DNA of 62,769 nt, counting the filler, from Octopus bimaculoides (Eukaryota): assembly GCF_001194135.2 (NCBI RefSeq). It is 7 parts of 6 records of this genome, joined end to end, with 100 filler letters (N's around TTAATTAATTAA, not from the genome) between each part and the next. Parts side by side here need not be neighbours in the genome. Positions count along the whole stretch, not along the records: positions 1 to 4,909 come from NC_068984.1; positions 5,010 to 11,393 come from NC_068984.1; 5 more parts are not named here. One strand, given 5' to 3'. The notes under the pieces are model-generated. The model was not told the origin of the DNA and searched no databases. It saw only the letters and a list, made by a program, of their open reading frames with translations. A program made the position numbers and the translations under genes. Shown here in pieces: positions 1 to 11,393 of the stretch. Within the stretch, counting starts at the first letter, position 1. Every line of letters starts with the position of its first letter.

Positions 1-4
1 ATAT

Positions 5-38
<34 letters not shown>

Positions 39-1797
39 ACATATATATATATGTATATACATACGTACACACACACGTGTATATATAAATTTAAACTGGT
101 TATCAAATTCATGACCTGAGTTTCATGCTAGTGCGATCTTCAGGTGAGTAGTCTTACAACACAATAACATGAAAGTTGGCTTTCGAGATAAATATTCAGT
201 TTAAATATATCATATATTCTACATATATTAAGTACTCCTGCTCTCATTCATTCGATACATATCAGCGTTTACACACACACGCACACACACACACACGCAC
301 ATATAATGATATATATTTAATACATATGAAATTTCTTGACATACACACACGTTATACGTGTCTGCATATCTACACGCGTGAATACACCCCCACACACATA
401 CTCAGTTATTCAGAGAGAGGGAGAGAAAGAGAGAGAGAGAGAGAGAAAGAAACAGGTAGACTGAGACAGAGAGAGGGAGAGAAAGAGAAGTGGCAGTAAG
501 CCATGAGGAATGTTTGCGAATGCTCTAAACGTGCTTGTTTATTGTTGTAACATTCGTGTCTAAATTTGGAACGTATGTTATTCAATTAGAATGTAATATA
601 TCCGAATGCTAAAGAAAATATTGCCCTTATTGTATCTTCACTGGTAACAATTTCTTGCCTGGTGGTTCGTAAGAATGAAAATTCATTTCATCGTGCCAGC
701 GGAACGTTTTTGTTTTTACCTGTCTTATCACATCATTAATGTATGTTTATTTTAAATCTGAATACAAACTTTATCACAATAGGTAATTCTATAGCCCTTA
801 GGTAAATATTTAAGATATATTAAACAATTATATCATTCCTTTTCACAAAACCACATATTTTCAGGAATGGGTGAATTTGGTGGAGAGGAACCCCACTCCT
901 CAGTGTGTGAATGATATTTATTCTACAAGTTTACAAAGCAATGTTGACCCCCCCACCCCCGATAGGATTTGAACTCAGAAGACATCGGAGTGTAACTAAA
1001 TATTCTTTTCTTCTCTAGGCACAAAGNNNNNNNNNNNNNNNNNNNNNNNNNNNNNNNNNNNNNNNNNNNNNNNNNNNNNNNNNNNNNNNNNNNNNNNNNN
1101 NNNNNNNNNNNNNNNNNNNNNNNNNNNNNNNNNNNNNNNNNNNNNNNNNNNNNNNNNNNNNNNNNNNNNNNNNNNNNNNNNNNNNNNNNNNNNNNNNNNN
1201 NNNNNNNNNNNNNNNNNNNNNNNNNNNNNNNNNNNNNNNNNNNNNNNNNNNNNNNNNNNNNNNNNNNNNNNNNNNNNNNNNNNNNNNNNNNNNNNNNNNN
1301 NNNNNNNNNNNNNNNNNNNNNNNNNNNNNNNNNNNNNNNNNNNNNNNNNNNNNNNNNNNNNNNNNNNNNNNNNNNNNNNNNNNNNNNNNNNNNNNNNNNN
1401 NNNNNNNNNNNNNNNNNNNNNNNNNNNNNNNNNNNNNNNNNNNNNNNNNNNNNNNNNNNNNNNNNNNNNNNNNNNNNNNNNNNNNNNNNNNNNNNNNNNN
1501 NNNNNNNNNNNNNNNNNNNNNNNNNNNNNNNNNNNNNNNNNNNNNNNNNNNNNNNNNNNNNNNNNNNNNNNNNNNNNNNNNNNNNNNNNNNNNNNNNNNN
1601 NNNNNNNNNNNNNNNNNNNNNNNNNNNNNNNNNNNNNNNNNNNNNNNNNNNNNNNNNNNNNNNNNNNNNNNNNNNNNNNNNNNNNNNNNNNNNNNNNNNN
1701 NNNNNNNNNNNNNNNNNNNNNNNNNNNNNNNNNNNNNNNNNNNNNNNNNNNNNNNNNNNNNNNNNNNNNNNNNNNNNNNNNNNNNNNNNNNNNNNNN

Positions 1798-1845
<48 letters not shown>

Positions 1846-2457
1846 ACTTAACAGGATTACTAAATATAAATTCTTCAAAAGAAGAGTATATTATAATAAA
1901 ATATCTGCTTCACGTTTTTAATTAAAATTGAATGGTTATACTGTTGTAGGGCATCCCTTGATCAGTACTGACTATACAACTACATGCACACGTGTAGGCT
2001 TGAACAATATTTTAAAGGAAGACCTGCAGTTGCCTATGTTTGTTAGTTTCCACGACACTGATTTTGTCTAGGAGAAAAGTCACAAACTTGGTCTGATACA
2101 ACTTGGCACCAGTGACGTCATAGGCGTTGCTATCAGAATGTAAAGAATTAGAAGAGATACTGCAAGACGACTTTTAACAGTTTCACCAATCCACTATCCG
2201 AATTTGATTCTTTCTTTTTATCGACTCTAAACGAATAAAGGGCAAAGTTGACCTTGGTAGGGAAGCGGAACAAATATTGCGAGGCATTCTATCAAAACTC
2301 TAAGAGCTCTGTCAATTCATCGTCTTGACTATATTGTATTTTTGAATTTAACTGCAATTTACTGGTAATAAATATTATTTTGTAAAATAATTACATTTTT
2401 TTTTTATATCTATTGAAAATATTTTTAATTATGTTGTTTGCTCTCCTCATTTCACAG

Positions 2458-2507
2458 TGACGTCAAGCTTCCGGAGAAATTTTGATAAATGGCCCACCTT
2501 TTCGAGG
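2458..2507 (+). CDS. Probable first coding exon of a GH18 chitinase-like gene (ATG at 2489, MAHLFE, phase 1)
   Basis: Pyrimidine-rich acceptor ...ctctcctcatttcacAG (2456-2457) and strong donor AGG|GTGAGT (2508). The ATG at 2489 is immediately preceded by in-frame TGA TAA. Its phase-1 end joins in frame to the exon at 2939. Confidence 0.6.
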
Positions 2508-2938
2508 GTGAGTTCTTAAATAATTTTATATTCAAAGTATCCTAAATTAAAAACAAAATTCTGAAGTTGGATAAAGAATAAAGTTGGATAGCATCTATAA
2601 TTAGCAGATTAAAGTAAACTATTATATTCAACTAAACTGATTTACTCAGCATGACAGCAACCTTATCGTGATTTCACTGCAAAGATACATGAAAATTTGA
2701 ACTTAAAATCACATGGTCAATTTCATAGTTTTGTTTACAGAGGAAGGAGTAAGCCACAACAGCATAGGCTTACTCTATCCTCTAGTACCTATTCACAGCA
2801 AAGCAGATTTTAATGTTTTGGTCACAAACACAACCATTTCATGGGTTTATCTTTTAGTAAAAGCCATTTTTAAAAAATGTTTTCTCTGATATTTGTTTTT
2901 ACAGCTTTATTCTAAATAAAATATACTTTTATTTGTAG

Positions 2939-3190
2939 CGCCGCAGCCCAAAATTCTGGGTTACTACGTTTACCAACGTAATTTACTTCAAGCAAAAGAT
3001 ATTGATCCATTTCTTTGTACGCATATTGTCTTTGCTCATGCTGAGGTGAGGAACGGAGAACTATCCATGACTAGAGGCGAAGATGTGAAACCTTACCGTC
3101 AACTCGCTACACTCAAGGAAAGAAACCCTAAACTGAAAATACTTCTCTCTGTCAAAGAAGGTCTCTTCGAATTTATAGTAAATTATCGCG
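2939..3190 (+). CDS. GH18 chitinase/chitinase-like protein, N-terminal exon of the TIM barrel
   Basis: Acceptor tttatttgtAG at 2937-2938. Translation PQPKILGYYVYQRNLLQAKDIDPFLCTHIVFAHAEVRNGELSMTRGEDVKPYRQLATLKERNPKLKILLSVKEGLFEFIVNYR matches the animal GH18 motifs DIDPxLCTHI and LKxxNPxLKxLLS. The donor is uncertain (GT at 3161, 3178 or 3191). The catalytic DxDxE exon was not found in the readable sequence. Confidence 0.85.
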
Positions 3191-3423
3191 GTAATCTTTC
3201 CGGGTTTGTACATATTTCCTTTCTACTGTGACATTTTTCTTGTCTGCAATAAATACATTTTCTAAATTTAATAATTACTCAGTAAAATTATTGCGATATC
3301 AATTAAATATAGGAACTATTTCTTACATAAAATAAAGGGATATATATGCTCCATAGTTTGTTATGTAATTTTCGTCGTGCAAAAATAGTCAAATCTTCAT
3401 CACCCGATACACATTTCTAAATG

Positions 3424-3457
<34 letters not shown>

Positions 3458-3859
3458 ATTTATGTATGTGTCTTCGTGTCTGTGTTTACGTTGGTGTGTT
3501 TACACAGACCGATAGAATAAGTACCGAGTTTACAAAGAATAAGTCCTGGGATCGATTTCTTCGACTACAAGGCAGTGCTCCAATAACATAATAAGAGAAC
3601 ATATATATATATCATCATCACACTCATATATACTGATACCGTCGACAGACGACCACCCACTATTATAACTATGTTTTTTCTTCCGTGTGCAGGTGTATCT
3701 CCCAGCTGTAGCAGTATCACGATTTCTCTCAGTATCAGCTATATTTCGGTCATGATATATCCTGAAGATTCACTACTTTTCAGAAATTACCATTCATAAC
3801 CTGACTTACCAATTCAAAATCGTTATAGACAAATAAACTTTACTTCATTTATATTTTGT

Positions 3860-4245
3860 ATTATAAACGCTACCTTCAATTCGGTTTTCTTGCCTATCGT
3901 CACCTATTGCCAAGAATGTTTCATAATGACCGAAAGTGTATGATCACAAATGCAAGCGGNNNNNNNNNNTTCTTGCCTATCGTCACCTATTGCCAAGAAT
4001 GTTTCATAATGACCGAAAGTGTATGATCACAAATGCAAGCGGCCAAAGTAGGGTGCCTTCCAAAGATCTGTGGAATAACGTTACTCGATAGTGTGCGTGG
4101 CTCGGATATCAGACAGCTTCACCGGCCGCTATTTCTCATGAGATTAGAATCTCGCAGGAAAGAATCGCTGGATGGATCCTTCAATCCAAGTCAACTGGCA
4201 GGGGGCCTAGGAGTAGACTAACAACGAGATAGTTGGATAACACAA
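3860..4245 (+). mobile_element. Decayed RTE-clade LINE fragment (C-terminal part after the RT domain)
   Basis: Translates TFNSVFLPIVTYCQECFIMTESV*SQMQAAKVGCLPKICGITLLDSVRGSDIR, resembling the RTE consensus F.S.F.P.LTYG.E.W...QAAEM..LR.I.G.T.LD.VR...IR. Contains a stop codon and an assembly duplication. Confidence 0.7.
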
Positions 4246-4466
4246 AAAAAAACTGTTCAATGCTTCTTTAGGTTCGTTGCTTAAAATATCGCTCTCTGTT
4301 TATCGAACCACTATGTTAAAGGAGCTAAAGCGATACTAACATAAACTACGCTGGTTTTTAACTGTGCATAAAAATGAGAAGCGGAACAATGTGGTTACGA
4401 AGCAAGGTCTAAACCACTTAGCCTTGGCTACGCCTATATATATATATATGTTAAATCTATGATTGT

Positions 4467-4511
4467 CGTACGCTGACGAAGGGTAAATACCCAGAAACTC
4501 GAGTCTGTGCG
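4467..4511 (+). ncRNA. Minimal type I hammerhead ribozyme candidate
   Basis: Stem I CGUACG/UGUGCG, core CUGACGA (4473-4479), stem II GGGU-AAAU-ACCC, GAAA (4494-4497), palindromic stem III ACUCGAGU, GUC cleavage triplet (4503-4505). There is an extra A on each side of stem II. Confidence 0.7.
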
Positions 4512-5009
4512 TATCACGTCAGATCAAAATGGGAAGGATGACTTCCCTTTGCAAATACTGATAGGACACAGATGTGTGTCAATAGCCAGCTGGAGGAGAT
4601 GTTCTCCTGGGGCTAAAAGCAACAGTAACATTCACCCTTAGGATTTAGCCGCATTTAAGTGGCANNNNNNNNNNCAACAGTAACATTCACCCTTAGGATT
4701 TAGCCGCATTTAAGTGGCAAATATACTTCACATATATATATATATGAGAGCAGATTTTATTTCCCACCATAGAAGTAGGTCATTTTCCAAATTAAATTGT
4801 GTAATTGAAAAACACTCTTTAAAACAAGCGGTAACCGGTTCGATCCAGCTGCAAAGTACTTTTAGTAAGTGTGTCTCAACTGAAGTTGAACGCTTTCTGA
4901 GATTTGTTGNNNNNNNNNNNNNNNNNNNNNNNNNNNNNNNNNNNNNNNNNNNNTTAATTAATTAANNNNNNNNNNNNNNNNNNNNNNNNNNNNNNNNNNN
5001 NNNNNNNNN

Positions 5010-5049
<40 letters not shown>

Positions 5050-6419
5050 AGCGTGTGTGTTTCTGTGTGTGTATATTACTGTGTGTGTACACGTACACAC
5101 ATGCGCATACATATACATATTCAAATTTACAATTCTAAAAGTTAAATACAAACACTGAATAAATTCTATTGTCAGTATTTGATACGGATCGTATATATAA
5201 AAAGTTTACACAAACAAGTTAAATCTGAATATCAGTACATTTATTATAATTATATAAAGGCAAATTATAAAAACATCCAGGTAAAGTATAAGTCATTATA
5301 CACATTAACCCCCCCCCCCCTCACACACACACACATAGTCCCCGCTCAGGAGCTAAACAACAACAAAAGCAATAGTAATAACAATAACAATGAAACAACC
5401 AAAACTTACAATAATTCAAATTGGGGAGAAATTTTAAAAATTTAAAATTTGGGAGAAGTTGAAGTAGGAATTTTAGATTTGGAAAAAGCGGTTTAAAAAA
5501 AAAAAATTTCAAAAAAAGTACAAAATTTAAAATGGAATTTGAGAAGGTGTTTTTTTTTTAATGTAATATCCNNNNNNNNNNNNNNNNNNNNNNNNNNNNN
5601 NNNNNNNNNNNNNNNNNNNNNNNNNNNNNNNNNNNNNNNNNNNNNNNNNNNNNNNNNNNNNNNNNNNNNNNNNNNNNNNNNNNNNNNNNNNNNNNNNNNN
5701 NNNNNNNNNNNNNNNNNNNNNNNNNNNNNNNNNNNNNNNNNNNNNNNNNNNNNNNNNNNNNNNNNNNNNNNNNNNNNNNNNNNNNNNNNNNNNNNNNNNN
5801 NNNNNNNNNNNNNNNNNNNNNNNNNNNNNNNNNNNNNNNNNNNNNNNNNNNNNNNNNNNNNNNNNNNNNNNNNNNNNNNNNNNNNNNNNNNNNNNNNNNN
5901 NNNNNNNNNNNNNNNNNNNNNNNNNNNNNNNNNNNNNNNNNNNNNNNNNNNNNNNNNNNNNNNNNNNNNNNNNNNNNNNNNNNNNNNNNNNNNNNNNNNN
6001 NNNNNNNNNNNNNNNNNNNNNNNNNNNNNNNNNNNNNNNNNNNNNNNNNNNNNNNNNNNNNNNNNNNNNNNNNNNNNNNNNNNNNNNNNNNNNNNNNNNN
6101 NNNNNNNNNNNNNNNNNNNNNNNNNNNNNNNGCGTGCAAAAACGAAAAGACGTTAGACTCACTTCAACATTTAAATTTAATTTGTGTCAAAATATTTTCG
6201 TCGCTCTGAAATCGCGACCCGTTCACTGACAAACCTTCGTGCTGCATCTACAGATGCAGCAGAAAGTGAATCTAACGTTTTTTTTTTTTGTGTGTGTTCT
6301 TAAATGGTTTACAATCATCTTCCACGCTGCAATTGTTTTTGTTTCAGCACACGATCTCAGATCAAGTCACTTGCTATGCAAGTACATCTCCGTAATTTAA
6401 TTTTCATTTGTGTCAGGAT

Positions 6420-6630
6420 TTTCTTTGCTCGACTGGTATCACAGACGAACTTTATCCAGGACAGACACCGGATGACAGACCAGATTTAACTGACAGAGTA
6501 TTTGATATGAAACTTAGGGATCTCTTGCATGATATTTTGGAGAAGAATGATTTGAGAGGGGTTGCAGGGTACATGTGGACTAAAGAGTTTCAAAAGCGTG
6601 GACTACCCCATTGTTATATGTTGTTCAAAT
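6420..6630 (+). mobile_element. Helitron Rep domain fragment
   Basis: PGQTPDDRPDLTDRVFDMKL...GVAGYMWTKEFQKRGLPHCYML matches the Helitron Rep signatures DRPDL..RVF..KL and EFQKRGLPH.H (HUH motif). Confidence 0.85.
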
Positions 6631-6887
6631 TATCAATTGTATATTTGTAGATCTAATTTGATTAATCAAGGTAATGAATTATTAGTAAAACCTTCTACAT
6701 AAATTCCCCAATACTAAGATAAATGTCTGTGTTCACTTCTTCGACGATTCTCTCCCACCACTTAAATTATCTCTCATGTACTATACTAAAAACTTGTGTC
6801 TAAATTAATCTTTAATCTAATCATTAACTATTGCATCTAATTTCATTCAATTTAACTGTAGCAAGCCTAATATTATTTAGAAGGGTG

Positions 6888-7101
6888 AAGGCGGTGAGCT
6901 GACAGAAACGTTAGCACGCCGGGCGAAATGCTCAGCAGTATTTCGTCTGTCTTTACGTTCTGAGTTCAAATTACGCCGAGGTCGACTTTGCCTTTCATCC
7001 TTTCGGGGTTGATAAACTGAGTACCAGTTGCGTACAGGGGTCAATCTAATCGAATGGTACCCTCCCCCAAAATTTCGGGCTTTGTGTCTAGAGCAGAAAA
7101 G
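6888..7101 (+). mobile_element. tRNA-derived SINE, family A monomer
   Basis: A-box-like head GGCGGTGAGCTG(G)CAGAA, B box GTTCAAATT, central GCCTTTCATCCTTTCGGGGT(C)GATAAA..GTACCAG, tail ...GTCTAGAGCAGAAAAG. Flanked by AATATTATTTAGAAG at 6869-6883 and 7102-7116. Confidence 0.85.
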
Positions 7102-7115
7102 AATATTATTTAGAA

Positions 7116-7323
7116 GAGTAGCGATCTGGCAGAATCGTTAGCACGCCGAGCAAAATGCTTAGCGGCATTTCGTCTGTCTTTACTTTTCTAGGTTCGAATC
7201 ACGCCGAGTGTGACTTCGCCTTTCATCCTCCCGAATCGATAAAATAAGTGAACACTGGATTTGATCTAATCGGCTTACTCCACACTCCGAAATTGCTGGC
7301 CTTGTGTCAAAGTCTGAAACCAG
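7116..7323 (+). mobile_element. tRNA-derived SINE, family A (more diverged copy)
   Basis: Same head, box B and central segment as 6888-7101 with more substitutions. Followed by TATTATTTAGAA (7324-7335). Confidence 0.75.
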
Positions 7324-7439
7324 TATTATTTAGAATTTGCTATAGATGTGGGAAATAATTTATTATGCACATCCATTAGAAACACCCAAACTCCCGTTCT
7401 TTCCTCATTTACTTACCTTCAAACCTCTTTTTTTTGCAC

Positions 7440-7760
7440 AGCTTGATGGAATGTCCTGTGGATTTAAACCATACGGATTCTGGCTTTCGTGGTGAACGTG
7501 CTCCGCGGACACACGCCCTGGGACTTGTTCTGAAATAAAGTTTGGATACTGTGTTTTTTATACATATTTTCTTAAACTTGATCGTTAGCCACTGCACATT
7601 CTTTATTTTCTCTCCTTGTTTCTTTCTGTGTTCCTTTCTGTGGAAGAGCGTAAGCTCGAAACGTTAAAAACTTTTTTCACTTCCCGGGCGTTAAACTAAT
7701 ACTGTTTGTTGTCTATACCACCTGTCTTCGTCTTTTGCTTTTTGTGAATTCTTCCTATAT
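7440..7760 (+). mobile_element. Non-autonomous Penelope-tail-like repeat carrying a variant hammerhead motif
   Basis: Shares GAAGAGCGT(A)AGCTCGAAACGTTAAA...AAACTAATAC...ACCACCTGTCxTCGTC with 31030-31190 (-), 38950-39090 (+) and 48680-48840 (-). Ends in (TA)n. Confidence 0.6.
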
Positions 7761-8472
7761 ATATATATATATATATATATACTTGGTTAATGAGAAAGTT
7801 AAATAACTACAATACAGTGGGAATAAATTTGAGTGACTGTTAACATAAGTCACTTTAGCTCTAACCTTCCCATTCTTATAAACACCAAATAACTATTCAA
7901 CTCCTATGTGAACGTATGCACACCAAACAACACGTGTGCATTTGCTTATGACCTCGTGGATGCTTGTATGAGCGTGTGCACATGCACCATACAACCTATG
8001 CAAGGGCGTTTATATATCCATATCCGTTAACAGTTGTATTAAATATCTTTTCCGTTGTATTGCGTGCTCTTTTTTTTTCTATGCATTTGTTATTTTATTA
8101 TCGATCTTCTAAATAAATGAAGCTATATCCTTTAATTTACTACTTTTCTTTGCACGAATTGAGAAGATATATTGAGGAACTGTTATTTTAACGAGTTATA
8201 TCTATTTATCACTCAAAGAGACAATTCTGCACCGTTGGATGCTCCTGAATCAGTTGTTAAGTATCCAACCGTGAGAGACCAATGCTAGATGGATCGAAAC
8301 AATTGTAGTGATTAATAAAATTTCTCATATCTTCCATCTTCCGTCTCTCATTAACCAAATACATAACGAACGCTATGAAAGTGATCGTGCTTAACTAGTA
8401 AGCTACCAGGTATTAAGCATTCATTATATTATCTAATAATAATAATAATTATTATAATTATATATATATATG

Positions 8473-8512
<40 letters not shown>

Positions 8513-9829
8513 AGCAAATATGTCTGTATGTAAGTAGATAAGCTTGTGTGTGTAAATAAATGCACCTAGGTGTCCATAAACCAATACAGCGTGTGAGTAT
8601 GTCTATGTAAGTATATATGTGTATACATACATATACATACATACATACATACCTTCATACAAACGCACACACATGTATATTTATATGTATGTACACACAT
8701 GCCCCTCCGGTATATACTTGTATATATATTCACGTACACAATCGCACAGTATGTGTGTGTGTATATATGTGTGCATGTATGTATATATATACATATATAT
8801 ATATATACACATATATGTAGGTGAATTGGTAGGTATGTATGCATTGTGAGTCATACATACACACATGTATATGTATATATGTGTATATACATATATGCAC
8901 ATATACATACATACATACATACATATATATATATAAACACCCTACAATATCTATGCACACACTGATGCTTGTACTCATCGATATATGTGTTTATGTCTTT
9001 GTGTTTGAGTGTGTTTCTGTGTTTCTTTATATATCACAAGCACTTACACACATAGGCGCGCGCACGCACACACTGAAGCTCTCAGACACACAAACACTAG
9101 ACGTATATAAAACTGCCGACTAAAATATTACTATTGATCTCAAAGTGGATAAATGAATGAACGAATAAGAGTATGACTGAATGACAGATGTGTAAACTGA
9201 ACAGAACGTACAGGAATGTTCGTGTGAAGGGTAAGGAGGGACGGAAGGAGAGGTAGTAAGGAAATGGGGGACAGAAGAGTGGTTGGAGAATGGGATTTCT
9301 GTTTCTCAGACTTGTTAATGGATATTATAGTAAAAGAAATCATAGTAACTCACTTCATGTATGTATGTATGTATGTATGTATGTATGTATGTATGTATGT
9401 ATGTATGTATGTATGTATGTATGTATGTATTTTGTATGCGTCCACGTATGTATGTATGCATGTATGTATGTGTGTATAGGGTACGTATGGTATTTCTTTG
9501 AAATTTATGAAAGTTGTTTTTGCAGAATTTCATCCGGTCATTGACAAAGTGACAAAGCTCTTTTGTTTAAGTCGAGAGAGCTCTTGGAGCTTGTAAGTGT
9601 TCGTGTGTGTGTGTGTGTGTGTGTATGTGTGTGTGTGTGTGTGTGTCTGTCGTGTGTGTGTGTGTGTCTGTGCGTGTGCATATGTGCGTGGGCAAACTTG
9701 CACTCATGTAGTTGGTGCTCATGTCACTTAAGTACATAAGTGGGTGTGCTTCGTTACCGTCTATGTTTGCATGTAAATGTGTCTGTGTGTATATTAGATG
9801 CATATATGATTCTTTGCATGTTCAATGCA

Positions 9830-10920
9830 GGAATATCAGACGAAACCCTGGAATATTTTGCTAATTTTCACAGTACCACTAATTAATTTTATTTGGAGGG
9901 AGTGTTCAAATGTTTTCCGTACGTATTCTCTGGACATGTTCACCCAAGGACCTCAAAGGGAGAATCCCCGAATTGTTTTACACATTTTCAACACTCCTTT
10001 GATAGATTGTATATGGAAAATAAGAATCAGTCCGCTCTGTTCTTTTTTCAGGAAACCAATCATTTCCAGGTTTCTACAGAGAATTGTTGCTATGTAACCC
10101 AGTGCATGCAACATTATGAGAACAGATAAAAACCTATAAAAGCTGTAGATATACCTTTAGTTCTCCATAGACAATTGGTCTCCACGAGAGTGCATAACTT
10201 TTACTTCCTGTCCCATACTACAATATCTGGTCTATTGTGCTTATACTTCGTTGCTGCTTTTATAGGAATGTTCTATCAATATTCTTCATTTCTAATAGTG
10301 CAGACACTTTCTGGTATGAAAATCCGGACAATATTTCCTGCATATAGCTTGAAGATCGTCTTAGCAACAATTTCATGTCTCATGGAGAGGTAGTGTCTTG
10401 TGGAGATTTTTGGAGAGCTGCTAATAATATGAGTGATATCTTCCACGCTTGTATGGTATTATCGAAATCTTTTATCACAGCGTGGATATTTAGAGATATC
10501 CTTGTCTCTTTTGTTGATCAGCTACTTAGTAACTATCCATACATAACTTTCAGTTATGGTGAGTATTTCTCTTCCAAGTTTCTGCTTACGTAAGTAAGTC
10601 CAATCACCCTTAGTTCACATGGAACAGCTGTACCTTCAGAATACTTATTCAGAACTTATTTGCTTAATCCCATGGTGTCATTACCTTCACTGCTGATTAT
10701 ACATATGGTGTAATCATTTCTTTCTTTATTGTTCAGTCGGTGTTGTCTGACACGATGCAGCATTCAAAGGCTGCCGGAACTGATCATTTGCTTCTACCTC
10801 CAGCCCTCTGTATAACATAGATCTTGTTAGGATCACTGTTAGTATCCTGATGTCCAGGTTGCGGATTTCTTAAGGTGTCCTGTCTAATATCCCAAATGTC
10901 TCATCAGGTACATCAATGCA
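9830..10920 (-). mobile_element. Decayed 5'-truncated non-LTR retrotransposon with CCHC and restriction-like endonuclease (R4/Dong-like)
   Basis: Minus-strand fragments across frameshifts: TFGILD..EIRNLDIR, SDPNKIYV..GGRS, TK*LINKRD...CDKRFR*YHTSVEDITHIISSSPKISTRHYLSMRHEIVAKTI, NIPIKAATKYKHNRPDIVVWDRK*KLCTLVE, ALGYIATILCRNLEMIGF. These correspond to the zinc knuckle, the RH(D/E) motif and the PD..E REL motif. Confidence 0.75.
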
Positions 10921-11053
10921 TGGATGTACCTGATGAGACCCAGACTGCAAGCATGTTGAGTCCCACTCATAAGGGACAGTAGCAGGATGGATCGAAGCGT
11001 CAGTTGTACAAAATAAAAATTAATACAAAATCCATCTTCTAGTTACTTAAGAA

Positions 11054-11118
<65 letters not shown>

Positions 11119-11153
11119 CATCATCATTATCATCATCATCATCATCATCATCA

Positions 11154-11214
<61 letters not shown>

Positions 11215-11220
11215 AACTTA

Positions 11221-11393
11221 CTAGCAAACGCACCCGTCCTTCGGACGGTTTAAGTTGCTTTGGTGGTAATTTTTTCACCAAATAATTGAATTACCGAGAA
11301 GGTTTATGAGTAGCACGGCAATCTTTCCGATGTTTCCCATTAACCCAGGCACGGAAAATGAAATTGATGGCTGGTTATTGTGGAGGTCGTTGC
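11221..11393 (-). mobile_element. Helitron-type 3' terminus
   Basis: On -, a GC-rich hairpin CCGTCC-GAA-GGACGG (11234-11248) lies 9 nt upstream of CTAG (11221-11224), which is followed by T. The rest of the element runs into a gap. Confidence 0.6.

Noticed and set aside
108-149. Minus-strand CUGAAGA...GAAA...GUC hammerhead-like order, overlapping a + strand CAG|GTGAGT donor-like site
   Set aside because: Stem I pairs only 3 of 5 positions and stem II lacks a proper closing pair. It cannot be distinguished from chance or from a 5' UTR splice donor.
3885-4040. Direct duplications flanking ~10-N gaps (also 4619-4720 and 58901-59120)
   Set aside because: Identical sequence on both sides of a minimal gap is the signature of overlapping contig ends left unmerged.
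4954-4965. TTAATTAATTAA islands centred in N runs (also 11438, 22005, 37319, 40209, 48985)
   Set aside because: An identical palindromic 12-mer with stops in all six frames, always embedded in Ns. It is an artificial scaffolding spacer, not biology.
7441-7540. Strong-looking acceptor TTTTTTTTGCACAG as the next chitinase exon
   Set aside because: No frame gives the FDGxDxDWE motif, and the sequence leads into a repeat family tail.
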